Of a stretch of DNA of 64,000 nucleotides, positions 37,415 through 49,800 are shown piece after piece. Both the position numbers and the translations under genes were made by a program. The notes beneath the pieces were generated by a model. That model did not search any database and was not told the DNA's origin. It saw only the letters and a list, made by a program, of their open reading frames with translations. Each line of letters starts with the position of its first letter. Positions within the stretch are counted from its first letter, which is position 1. Source of the stretch: Albugo candida (lineage: Eukaryota); the NCBI GenBank assembly GCA_040437565.1, contig JBDOQK010000016.1:124001-188000 (forward strand), written 5' to 3'.

Positions 37415-40004
37415 TCATCCTTCAAAGCCTTCGAATGGGAAACTCCCGAATTCGTCATTCCATTTCTTGTAAAACTCCAAATCGGAAGTAGCTACACTAG
37501 ATCGCACTCCACGCAGCGCTTCTTCAAAGTCTTGGAGATTAATCGGGCGGACATTACTTGCGTCGACCGTGCGAATGTCTGTACAGCTGCGAATTGGTCC
37601 CATAGAAGCTTCTGTGCATAGAGACCGAACATCTGCACCAGAGTAGCCTACCAGAAAGATGCTTACAGTTTTTGGCTCGCGTGAATTCGTTCTCTCACCT
37701 TTGGTTTTCTCAGCTAACGTCTTCTTGCTCTCGTCCGTCAGAGCGTGTTTGTTATCTTCGAGTAGACGATTGATGATGTGCAGCCGAGCTTCTAGAGATG
37801 GAAGTGGGATGTATAAGCGTTTGACAAATCTCCTTCTTGCGGCATCGTCTAATTCCTGAGGTCGATTGGTAGCACCTACGTATTCACATCGCGTTCAGTT
37901 ACGAGCATACTATCTCAGCTGTTCCAGAGCAGACCTACGACAAGAATGGTGTCTTTGGAACGAGTCCCCGCTCCATCGAGCTGTACGAGAAACTCGGTTT
38001 TAATTCTCCGACTCGCTTCATTTTCATCCGTTCTACCGATAACAATCTCAAAACTTGGATTTGTTGCTTTTCTGAGAGCCTACCGCCGCTGGGTAAGCAG
38101 GGAATCAATCTCATCGATGAAGATGACTGAGGGCTACATAGAAAAAGAAGACTCAGCTCGATAAATCATCTTGCTTTCTTCAAACCTGTTTTACAGCGGC
38201 GACAGCAAAAAGAGTACGAACAAGCTTCTCTCCCTCCCCGGTCTATGATATTTCATCGCATAAGATGAATGGCCATATTTTGAGATTTGCTGACTCCTGC
38301 GTACCCATTTGCTGGTCAGAGAGCTCGCAGAAATACTGAAAAATGTAGCATTCGATTGATTTGCCATTGCTTTCCCAATGAGTGTTTTACCAGTACCTGG
38401 TGGTCCAAATAAGAGCAATCCTGGTAGGACAAGCAGCAGAATAAGTTATATACTGATATTGGGCGAGTTTACTTCACCTTTTGGAAGTGAACGAAGTCCA
38501 GTGAATATATCCGGCCGAGCCATGGGCCAAATGACGAGCTCGTTGATACACTTTTTGGCAAAGCTGAGACCAGCTATATCATCAAAACTTATCCGCTCTC
38601 CACAATCGACAATTTCCAGCTCGATCTTCGCCACTAGTTCTGGATCGCAGCTTTTCAATCTTGGGTCGATATCTTCGTTTTGCATCACTTTCCGTACGNN
38701 NNNNNNNNNNNNNNNNNNNNNNNNNNNNNNNNNNNNNNNNNNNNNNNNNNNNNNNNNNNNNNNNNNNNNNNNNNNNNNNNNNNNNNNNNNNNNNNNNNAA
38801 CGAAGTCCAGTGAATATATCCGGCCGAGCCATGGGCCAAATGACGAGCTCGTTGATACACTTTTTGGCAAAGCTGAGACCAGCTATATCATCAAAACTTA
38901 TCCGCTCTCCACAATCGACAATTTCCAGCTCGATCTTCGCCACTAGTTCTGGATCGCAGCTTTTCAATCTTGGGTCGATATCTTCGTTTTGCATCACTTT
39001 CCGTACGTCACCATTGCTGTATTGAAATAGCAGCATTTTAGAATCAGAAATCTCACTGAGTTGCTCATTGAGCGCATGTATACCCATTTTTCTCCTTCTT
39101 TTTTTCCACGGGTGATACAAATCGTTCACGAACTCTTGGTCTGTTCCCTTGTTGGATTTCATCCTGAGCGTCTTTGCCAAACAGATTTTCATTGATTGGA
39201 TGGTATGATGTACGTGTACGGCTAAAGCTTGGCGAGTTTCGTTTGCCCGTATCAGCTTCATCGATCTCTTTCTGTAAGCAAACGTATGTACGACCGTCTC
39301 AATAAACTTGAGACACGATTATGAAGCATCTTTGCATACCTCTAGCTTCTCTCCTGCCGTTTGAAATGTTGTTTGATGTTGTGTTTTCGTGAACCTTTCT
39401 TTGTGTGATTCATTCATTTCTTTCCAAGATTCATTTTGTCCATTCCTTTTGAATAAATGGCTGATATTGGATGGTTTGCTTCTTCCTTCTTCCCCATCTT
39501 TTATACGTGGCTTTTTCACGAGCATTTTGCGCGTACTAGGCTTCTGTTTCGTGTGCTGCCAGAAAATTCATTCAATCCAAATACTACACGCTAAATGATC
39601 CCGCTTACTTCGAAGAAGGACGCAAATTCAAGCTTCAACGAGTGAGTATCTATCACTTTGGCGTGATGCCAATTATCGCGACAAGCTTGCAGTAATTTTT
39701 GTCGCCTTTTAGACTGATACAATCTCCCACGTGTTTCTTTTTTTTTCACCAAGCAGATCTGCACTGTTTCAAGAGCGATCAGAAGCCTGCAAGTCCTTTG
39801 ATTACAATAGTCATACACATTCGGCAGTTTTCCAAATGTTTTATCGCCTCTAAAGCCTCAATTTCATTCTCACAATCTTCATTTGATGTGTATCCATCTA
39901 TGAAACGAATCAAAATGTTCAAAATCGCTAAATTCACTGCATTGTCGTGACTGTGAGATCGTAAAAGCTGCATTATCTGCGTTGCAGTTGGCGTCATCAT
40001 GCAT
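37415..40004 (-). CDS. FIGNL1: Fidgetin-like 1 AAA+ ATPase (multi-exon; start approximate)
   Basis: [90 protein letters not shown] and Vps4_C-like WNDEFGSF; N-terminal FQTA and FVSP motifs. 36737..37281 is an artefactual duplicate of the 3' end. Confidence 0.88.
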
Positions 40005-40065
40005 AAAGTCAACCCCGCACAAGTAGTACGTAAACCGAACGTAATATTAAGTCCTCATTAAGTTC

Positions 40066-41983
40066 TTATGCATTGGAACGCAACGAATAGCGCTTTGATA
40101 CGATTTTCGATTTGTTCGTTGCGCTCACTGTCGTGACTTCGGGACTTGAATTTTTTTTGGCGGTCATCCTTTTCCGTCCACTCGTTTTCTTTGAAGTTCT
40201 GATTGTATCTTTCTTTGCTTCCTTCAGACTCTTTTTGGCATTACTTTGTTTTGCTTTTGTTTGCTTGACTGGTACTCTCTTTCCAGCAGCACGCTTGCGA
40301 GGAGGGGAGGATGCATCGGAAGTAGCTCGAGCAACCGATTTTATCATGACTGGGTCTCGATTTTTCGATGTATTCCATACAATGGGATCACCTGGCTTGA
40401 ATTCACCTGCCAGCTTGCGGAATGTCTTGCGGTAAGAATCATAATCGGGTTTATCCTCGAATGCACATGCTCGAGACTGTTGAAGAAGTCCTGTCCATTC
40501 TTCTGCAGAAGAGAATAAAGTTGAGAGGATATTTGCCGTATGCTATGATAACGTACGAGGAAGAGATTCGCATAATTTCTGTAAAGGGATGCTTCTTTTC
40601 ATGCGTGCTCCTTCCTGGTCAGATGTAGCTTTTTGCCAAGGAAGATTGCCTCGCATCAGGTAGATAATAACGTAAAGCAACCCCTCAATGTCATCACGTC
40701 GGCTTGGGGCTATATTTGAGAGTGATTTTGTCAGAAATACGACCACGGTATCGCACATATTTTCACTAACTTGCTCCTTCATGACAATTGAGACTCAAAA
40801 ACGTCGGGGTTCCGACGATAGCACCAATCCTGTATTCCTTGTGCTTTCCTGCTGCCGTGACGTATCGGTCCGAAATACCAAAATCAACACAATAAACCTA
40901 GGTAGACATCACCATTCAAATCCTCACACGAGGTTGCTAGAAGCATGCACATTACTCTGCTTTCATTGACCCGATTCAGCATGAAATTTGCCGGTTTAAC
41001 GTCAACAAACAAGATGTTTTTGGTATGTAGGTACTGCAAGACATCCAACTACAAGGCACAAAAAGTAATGTGGCGTCATTATGCTTTCATCTAAAGCCTC
41101 ACAAGTTCATGAGCGATTCGCGCCGCCGTTGCATGCGAAATGGTGCCTTGATCGCTTAATGCGTCGTCTAATGTCCTACCCAGGCGTTCCATAACCAGAA
41201 AGCGATAACCCTGCGAATTGCTTGTTAGACACCTCTTCTAGTCTTCATATGCAGTTCAAACCTTGTCTTCGCCACAAGCTCTATCCGGAAGCTTTGGAAT
41301 CCCAGGATGATCGTTCAAATACGTTCGATAGAGCAGTTGCTCCGCGTACAAAGCATCAGCATTACGTTCTCGATCAGTCTTCTTTCGCTTCGTTCTCAAT
41401 GAGATCGGTGGATCGACAGGTGATATTTTCATTACAAAATCGTAAGCGCTTTGCCCTTNNNNNNNNNNNNNNNNNNNNNNNNNNNNNNNNNNNNNNNNNN
41501 NNNNNNNNNNNNNNNNNNNNNNNNNNNNNNNNNNNNNNNNNNNNNNNNNNNNNNNNNNACAAGCTCTATCCGGAAGCTTTGGAATCCCAGGATGATCGTT
41601 CAAATACGTTCGATAGAGCAGTTGTTCCGCGTACAAAGCATCAGCATTACGTTCTCGATCAGTCTTTTTTCGCTTCTTTCTCAATGAGATCGGTGGATCG
41701 ACAGGTGATATTTTCATTACAAAATCGTAAGCGCTTTGCCCTTTTTCTCTCACTAATCACGTAGTATTTACAGCTCACTCGTTTATTATCTTTCCATACC
41801 TTCATACACCTCACTACATGCTCCCGATCCAACCTTCTTCCCAAGTATCCAAGACTTGAGTTGAATGCCTTCGTGAAGTGAATGTTGCATCAGATCAACA
41901 AGTTTTCTATTGGATAAAAATAGGTCGTGTGATGTGACGTCTTTGAAGCAATTTGCATGCTTCAAGTCGCACACTCGCTGCAT
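40066..41983 (-). CDS. Casein kinase 1/VRK-family Ser/Thr kinase with basic C-terminal tail (multi-exon; start at 41983 or 41890)
   Basis: WILGKKVGSGACSEVY, FVMK, FLVMERLG, VDVKPANF, CVDFG, GTPTFLSLNCH and SRRDDIEGLLYVIIYLMRGNLPW (CK1-group signature); Lys/Arg-rich tail in ORF 40066..40347. Confidence 0.88.
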
Positions 41984-42842
41984 TTTGATCGCGCTTTTTG
42001 ACAATATAGCGCCGTTTAGCCTAGGATAAGACTCAGAGCGTAATATAAGTATGAACTTTTATCAACTAGTACAAGNNNNNNNNNNNNNNNNNNNNNNNNN
42101 NNNNNNNNNNNNNNNNNNNNNNNNNNNNNNNNNNNNNNNNNNNNNNNNNNNNNNNNNNNNNNNNNNNNNNNNNNNTTCCATACCTTCATACACCTCACTA
42201 CATGCTCCCGATCCAACCTTCTTCCCAAGTATCCAAGACTTGAGTTGAATGCCTTCGTGAAGTGAATGTTGCATCAGATCAACAAGTTTTCTATTGGATA
42301 AAAATAGGTCGTGTGATGTGACGTCTTTGAAGCAATTTGCATGCTTCAAGTCGCACACTCGCTGCATTTTGATCGCGCTTTTTGACAATATAGCGCCGTT
42401 TAGCCTAGGATAAGACTCAGAGCGTAATATAAGTATGAACTTTTATCAACTAGTACAAGTACTTCTTGTACTACGTGGAGGGCTACACTACCGAATGATC
42501 TGCGATAATGCTTTGACACTTGGGCGTGAGAGCAACTCTTTTATCTCCGTCGAAAGGCAGATCCTTTTCAACGACACCATGATGAAGCTTATTAGTAGTT
42601 GCCAAATTCTATCGAGACTCGTTGACGTTGCATACATTATCAAGACCAAGGGTCTGTCTCTACCATCCTCCATGCGATAAGATCTCATGGACATTGCCCC
42701 CTTCCTGTATAAAGACATCATCTTGTAAGACTGGCGTTCTCTTATCAACCCGCATGTTTTCTGACTCGTTGATGGGCGACTATTAGCTCAAAGGACGCCA
42801 TCCAATTTTCCAAATTCATTTTGTTGAATTGAAGACTATTTC

Positions 42843-43357
42843 ATGGTGGATATGGAACTATCAAGCAGTCAAAATAGCCACATTATCGATGTTTTCATGC
42901 CGACCTACATCATGAGTCCCACAGACGATGAAAAGTACGTCGCATAAGTCATCATTTCCTCCTTAATCAGTATGCGATAGGTTTCGTCGAAAACAAGTCT
43001 GCAAGCTCATTGGCGATTCGTTGAAATCCGAACTTGAAGAGAAGGTGTACGTGGAAGAAAATGTCAAAGCTTGGTGTAACAAAGTAGCAGATACTGTCAA
43101 GTCACGGATCCACAAAGAGTGCCATATTCCTCGGTACAAGTTTGTTGTCCAGTGCTTCATTGGCCAGCAAAAACTTCAAGATGTGCGCGTCACATCCCGG
43201 TGTTTATGCGATACCGAATTCGATAATCACGCATCTGCGACGTTCAATAGTGTAAGTGGCCAATACTACTGCTTTTGCAATTCTTTGGAAAGCTCCTCTG
43301 TCACTGTAGCAACATTTATGGGCGACCTGTGTTGTGTTTGGTTTCTATGCAAGTTGA
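42843..43357 (+). CDS. Tctex1-domain dynein light chain (TCTEX1D2/Tctex2-like), 3 exons
   Basis: MPTYIMSP...|FRRKQV...IPRYKFVVQCFIGQQKLQDVRVTSRCLCDTEFDNHASATFNS|QHLWATCVVFGFYAS*. Confidence 0.9.
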
Positions 43358-43419
43358 AAAAGTGACTTATTTTACAATTGTATGCTAAATACAGTGTTTA
43401 CTGTGGTGCTCCAAAGTGT

Positions 43420-44115
43420 CTATCTTTTCGAGCGCAGCATTTCCCACGTAACTTGAAGATCCAGGTCTCCTTCAAACGTGCAGAAATGGTCCAGATTGGC
43501 GTGAATGAGCTCCAGCTGCACGCATAGCTCATTTATCGATGGGCGGACTATAAACTTCATCGATTTCCCAAGACATGCGCGATTTGCACGCACTTTAAGA
43601 TTCAGCAAAGCTTCTCGTTCGGTCGGTCCATCACCCACAGAAATTACATGTGTAAGCGTCTGATCTTCCATCATTTGCCAGATGGAGTAAACTTCGCGAT
43701 CAAACGCTTCAATTTTCCATCGATTTGGACATCCTGGATACAACTCTTCATACGTTGATCGCGCGGAAATGACCTTGATCGACGTGTTGAGATAAGGAAG
43801 CACGCGAGGCAGATATAACGACGCCGATAACTCCACCCATCCCGATTCCGCTGCAGTCACAATCACTACGTGGCCATTCTGCAATGCTTTTTCCAGTACA
43901 GACACTACGATATCTTGTAATCTTCTAAGCTGGTTTTGTACATTTACAGGGATTTTCGGTTGCTCGTTGATATACTTTGGACACAATCCCATCCGGGCGA
44001 GTTTGGAAGAAGCCATTAATGTATCATCTGCTCAGTATTCACTGTTAGTGAGCTTTGTATAAGTAAGAGAGAACGTACCCCAATCGAAGAAAATGATGGT
44101 CGAAGAATTCGACAT
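43420..44115 (-). CDS. HAD-superfamily protein (DWDDTL type), 2 exons
   Basis: Spliced IIFFDW-DDTL (HAD motif I), VIVTAAESGWV, VISAR, HVISVGDGPTERE (motif IV-like) and KSMKF. Confidence 0.82.
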
Positions 44116-44471
44116 TTTCTTTATCGGTGCAGTAAACGATTCTGATGTAAAAGTACCAATGCAGTTGTTTGAAACCATTCTGAGTAGCAAACTATACAAT
44201 TTGATTCGTGTGTTTTGACACTCGCAACCACGTTCTGAATAGATGAGCTGTTTACTTGGAATGATCCTTAAGAGGACACACACTCATTCCTAACGTATGG
44301 GGTGGGGTATAAGTAACACGTGACACATTGTTAGCTTCAACACTTATAAGATCAAATAGCAAGTGCGTCACNNNNNNNNNNNNNNNNNNNNNNNNNNNNN
44401 NNNNNNNNNNNNNNNNNNNNNNNNNNNNNNNNNNNNNNNNNNNNNNNNNNNNNNNNNNNNNNNNNNNNNNN

Positions 44472-46500
44472 TTGTCAGAGGTGCGCATTCGTGGCAGCAA
44501 AATCGCCCGCAATGTGTACAATTGAGTTTGCGATGACCAAAACCGGGTTTCTTGCGACATAGCATGCAATTTGCTCGTTCTTTTTCCGATATAAATGTCG
44601 GTGGGAAGTGAATATGGGCGACTAGTTGCCGCAGCGATTTATGTGGTAGCTTTTCGAATACATTGTGACCTTCAGTGTCTTCTACATCCAATTTTGCACC
44701 GGCATGTACGAGAGCTCCGGCAATGTTCAATCGCTTCAGTTCGATCGCCGTATGAATCACAGTTTGGCTGTCGTGCATATCATTTGGATTCGCCCCATAC
44801 TTGAGGAGCATGCGGGGAATGATCACATTGTCTTCTCGTGTAGTAATGATGGAAATGATGAGTGGAGTAAGCTTCCGAGAATTCTTGACGTTGGTCACAG
44901 CTCCGTGCTCTAGCAACATGTGCACCATACCTGGACTCTTGGTCGCCGCAAAGTGCAAAGCCGTGTTTCCTTTATCATCTTCTAGATTGATGATATCCTC
45001 CAAAGGCTTGTATTGCTCCAGAATCAGTTTGACCAGCTGAGCAGTGCCACTTTTCACCGCCAGATGAAGTCCAGTTTGACCATGGTTGGGTTCGCGTTCG
45101 GCCAATTTGGAAGAACCTTTAACCCGTAGATGCTGCACTACGGCACGCAAATTTCCCCTCTGACACAAAGCGTGCAGTGCACTGAGAGGCTGACTTTGCT
45201 TCATCATATTACTATCCATCGAAGGCGCAATATCATCGTGGGAAATATCACTTGGCTGGGAGGAGAATGTGTCTTCCCTGGTATCCCGATCTATCTGATC
45301 AAAATCTTGGCTCGTCGGTAACGCTTGATTGCTTTTCAGGTCGTCTTCATCGTCATCGTCATCATCATCTTCTCGCAAATTCAGATCATTGCTAAATTGC
45401 ATTTTCTCTCTATCACCAGCCGAATATTTGTCGAAGGTACCAATGCTGCTAGAAATGGAAGGATTTCTGAGCATAGCAATGCTCTCTGGCTTACTTGGCA
45501 TACCGAGCATCGCAGTACTGGAATGCTGCTGAAGGAGCTTTTTCTTTGGGACTTGATCAGCAGTATGAGCTCGAAACGAATCAACCGATTCTTCTCCATC
45601 TTCAAACTCTTCATCACTTTCCACCAACTGATTATCAAACGAAGCCTCCTCATCAAACGCAGCCTCGGTCTCATCGTCAAACACAGCCTCAGTCTCATCG
45701 AACACAACTTCGGTCTTTTGCTCTTCAGATGGTTGTTCATCCACCTGATTGAAAAAAGCATCAAACTCATCTGCTGCAGCAATCCTAGCGGCTTCTAGCT
45801 TTTTGTACGTCTCTTCGTCCTGCTTTTCGGTCGTTTGTGGATCAATTCGTTTTGCTGTCCTGATAGTCGAATCCATCATGAAATTATGACCCGTCATGTC
45901 GGAAGGATTTTCTTCGCCACCATTCGATCCGGTGAATTGAGAAAACAATGACGTTCGCTGCTTACCAAGGGCTTTATACCCACGAGATCCCCTATTGGAA
46001 AATCGTTGTTTTCCACCTTCTGCTGCTTTGACTTGTTGCGCTTCTTTATTGACATTCTGATTCGTGTGTGGTTCAGACCCCACTTTCTCATCCGTCGCTT
46101 TCTCCTTAGGTTTTCTGAATCTCAACGTCGCAGGAAGATCACATTCCTGGAGATACGCAACAGCTTCCTGCAGCGATATCGTTGTCATGTCTTTGATGTT
46201 GATGGACAATAAAATATCTCCTGCCGCGACATTTTTAATCCCAAACGGGAATCCCTTTCCAGTAACGCGACTGACAGATACACCAATTCCCGGATTCGTG
46301 CTCGAAGCTTCTTCCTCCAATGTTGTGAGAGCGATTCCGAGATCACCGCCTTCCCAAATGAGCTGATACTCGACCATTTCATCGGTTTCCGAGTCATGAA
46401 CCGAGTCAACAAAGCTCCCAACCAAATCCTTGACATCCGCCACTTGCTCGTCGATCCACGCTGTGGCGTTCTCGTTATTATTCAACGTCGTTGCTGTCAT
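44472..46500 (-). CDS. PDZ-like + acidic linker + ankyrin repeats + FYVE-like zinc finger protein (3' end lost in gap)
   Basis: GDLGIAL...VSRV...AGDILLSIN (PDZ-like); GQTGLHLA, GNTALHFA, LTPLIIS, QTVIHTA (ankyrin); CMLC...NCTHCGRFCCHEC (FYVE-like). Runs into N-gap 44372-44471. Confidence 0.85.
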
Positions 46501-46842
46501 ATTAATCGTTTTAAAGGTATATTAAATTTTTTTACTAAACGCTTCTTACAAAATTTTCATACAGTCATTCGACTCGAAGAGTTCAGCAAGTCGAAATATG
46601 ATTGGTGGATAGACATGATCCGACCAATCATATCGTACCTTTTAAAGCATAAAGAGCGAGATCCTTTCCGACCGAAAGAGNNNNNNNNNNNNNNNNNNNN
46701 NNNNNNNNNNNNNNNNNNNNNNNNNNNNNNNNNNNNNNNNNNNNNNNNNNNNNNNNNNNNNNNNNNNNNNNNNNNNNNNNAGCGAGATCCTTTCCGACCG
46801 AAAGAGTGATGTGCAGCCTTTCCTCACGACACAAACGAGACA

Positions 46843-49800
46843 TTAACTGAAAGCGGTAGACATCCGAGATCGTACTTGATCACAGATTGTTTGTCTGCTT
46901 CCATTGTCTAATTGCAAATGGATCCAAAAGACGGAATAATGCGTCTGCGAATTTCCGGTATTCTGCTCTCGGAAACCAATTGCTAATTTGTTTAGCTGCA
47001 TTAAATCTTCCTCGACGACTTGAATATCGCTGAGGGAGAAGCTCTTCATGACGCACTCCTCCATTGGAAATCTGCCCACGAGATACATTCTATCGCGTGA
47101 TGCGAGTAAGGCGACAGGAAGGCTTGGGTCAATGCCTTCCAAAAGAGTCCGATTGTGTTCGGAAAGCCAATGCACAGTATCTGAAGTCAGGTCTGTCCAG
47201 TTTGCGTACGCCATCACAATGTCTCCGTGAGATTCCAATAGGACTTTAAGGCGATATCGCTGTATCGGATTGCAGCGCGCGTGCCAAATAATTGGTTCCA
47301 TTCCAATCGCAATCTCGGAAATCCTTTGTGGAGATCTCTGAATACCAGATCCATACAGAATTCCATCTGAAGTGTGCGATAGAAAGCTAGCAACTCCAGC
47401 AACTGGTCGTGCCACGACACCGACAATTCCTTTGCCGACTCCAGTCATAATGTCTACCATTCCGGTCTCCAAACCTTCAGATCTCCGGTCGTTGTAAATC
47501 GCGATTGGGTTCGCGATGACTCCTGTTGCAGCGTCAACAACGCCTGTACCGATCGATCCAAGACCATTACGTAATGCTGATGATAACTCTGTCGATCGTT
47601 TATGATCGTATCGACTTTTCTGATTTGATGGTAAGGAGATATGGTCCATCGTACGCGAAATGGAATACGTAAAGCCTGCAAATGACAGCAATGTAGCTTC
47701 CGACGTATGCCGAATGAACGAAGCTGCACCGGTCAACAGGCCTTTCGTCACACTCCACGGGTTGTAGCCGTCTGTCCTGGCTGCATGAAGAGGATGATGC
47801 AAGAAATCTCTGACTCCAGCGCTCAGCAATCGAATAAACCCTCTGCGAACATGAAGCGAATTAGTTGTGTCCTATCAAACAAGTTGGAACGTACGCGGGA
47901 TTCCCAAAGATATTCAAAGACATGAGTAACATGGGCGCTCGCATTATTGTATCGGCGACATAACTCGCAGCCAATTCCTTCAAGATTTGATCTGAAAATT
48001 GCGAAANNNNNNNNNNNNNNNNNNNNNNNNNNNNNNNNNNNNNNNNNNNNNNNNNNNNNNNNNNNNNNNNNNNNNNNNNNNNNNNNNNNNNNNNNNNNNN
48101 NNNNNNGCAATGTAGCTTCCGACGTATGCCGAATGAACGAAGCTGCACCGGTCAACAGGCCTTTCGTCACACTCCACGGGTTGTAGCCGTCTGTCCTGGC
48201 TGCATGAAGAGGATGATGCAAGAAATCTCTGACTCCAGCGCTCAGCAATCGAATAAACCCTCTGCGAACATGAAGCGAATTAGTTGTGTCCTATCAAACA
48301 AGTTGGAACGTACGCGGGATTCCCAAAGATATTCAAAGACATGAGTAACATGGGCGCTCGCATTATTGTATCGGCGACATAACTCGCAGCCAATTCCTTC
48401 AAGATTTGATCTGAAAATTGCGAAAGCTGAGCTGCTTGAAACGCATTGAATGCCAGCACCGTGCCGTTAAGGCTGTCCAGAATCGGAAGTCGTGTTCGAG
48501 CAGTGATGCTGAATCGCAATTCACTGAGTGACAAGAATCCAATGTAGATTGGTGCTTGTTTCGTGAGTCGAATCTTCCTCAGACAATGCTCGTTCCAGCT
48601 GAGAGACTTTCGCTCCGTGTCATTAACCGACCTCGGTATTGCATCCATGATTGGCTGGACAAATCGATAGAGACTCGAGCTGATTGCGTCTTCAAACTGC
48701 ATTGAATAAACGATCAGCGATTATTGGCAAAACATGTTTGGGTACCTGCACAGCCACAGCATCCATTTTCATTTCGATTGTATGGTAATAAGGAGCGATA
48801 TGAGACTCGCGATTGGTGTGCACGTATATGACTCGAACAAAGAAGCAGCTCTGGTGCATGACTTCCATTTGCCCGTACGAGCTTTGTGCTAGGATTCTTA
48901 TAAGGCTTTCGTGTGGATCTGCTGGATCGATCTGGTCCGAATCTGTTTGAACTTTGCTGGCGCTTTGAAAATGCATCACGACCGGATACGTGCTTTCTGG
49001 AGAGGTGTCATCCACCTGCATATTCTTCATACAAAGCGAGACGATCGTAAAGGCTTCCACGTGCGGAAAAAGGCCGGTCTTTTGATCTGCCTTCAATCCT
49101 TCGAGAGCGGGGACTCCCACCACCGCCAATATCATCAAGTCCCAGAACGCGACTCGGAGAAGCTCTTGGTACAAAAACTCACCCGATCTCGTGTGTGACC
49201 CATTCACTACTTGATACTCATCGAGGCAATGGATCAGAAGGCTTCGAAAGTGGAAATTGAGCTTAATGTCGCTCCCTGGACGCTCTTGAAGGCAAAGCTT
49301 GGGTGTCGTTGGAGGCTTTGGTGTCTCCATTGGATCATCAATGCACACGATCGAGATACAGCACGTTCCTGCATGGTATGCTGAGCTGACGAGAAAGACG
49401 ACAGGAGACTTTGACGTTGGGAATTTGATAAATTGGATGCCTTGGACCTGCCAAATCACCTGTGACCATCCTAATCGCGGGCACCCGATCTTGTATCGGA
49501 CCTTTTGACCGCCTCTTCTTACATCCGAGTCAAACTCTTCATTCTCGGACGATGACTGTAAGATCCAAGCATGAAATTCTGTATCTTTAGCAATCGAATT
49601 ACTCTGCTTCTCCAGCAAAACCCAGTCAAAGTCCATCAAATGAGTTTCGCCAATAACTTGAGCTTGAGAAGGAACTCCCATCAATGAGATCGCAAGCGGT
49701 GATGTCCATTCATTTCGGAGTATTAAAGGTGGCGCTGGGTCAATGAAGAAGAGCACGTGCACAGATTGGTCGATCATTGTGACGGTATATGAGACCATCT

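Noticed and set aside
36704-37959. Apparent tandem duplication of the FIGNL1 3' end (likewise kinase 5' end 41792-42458, VPS13 47688-48425, PACRG-like 59381-60650, 62093-62548)
   Set aside because: Copies look essentially identical and directly flank 100-N gaps; they are unmerged contig overlaps, not biological duplications.
42488-42748. 86-aa minus-strand ORF between the kinase and Tctex1 genes
   Set aside because: No recognisable domain; could be chance or UTR.
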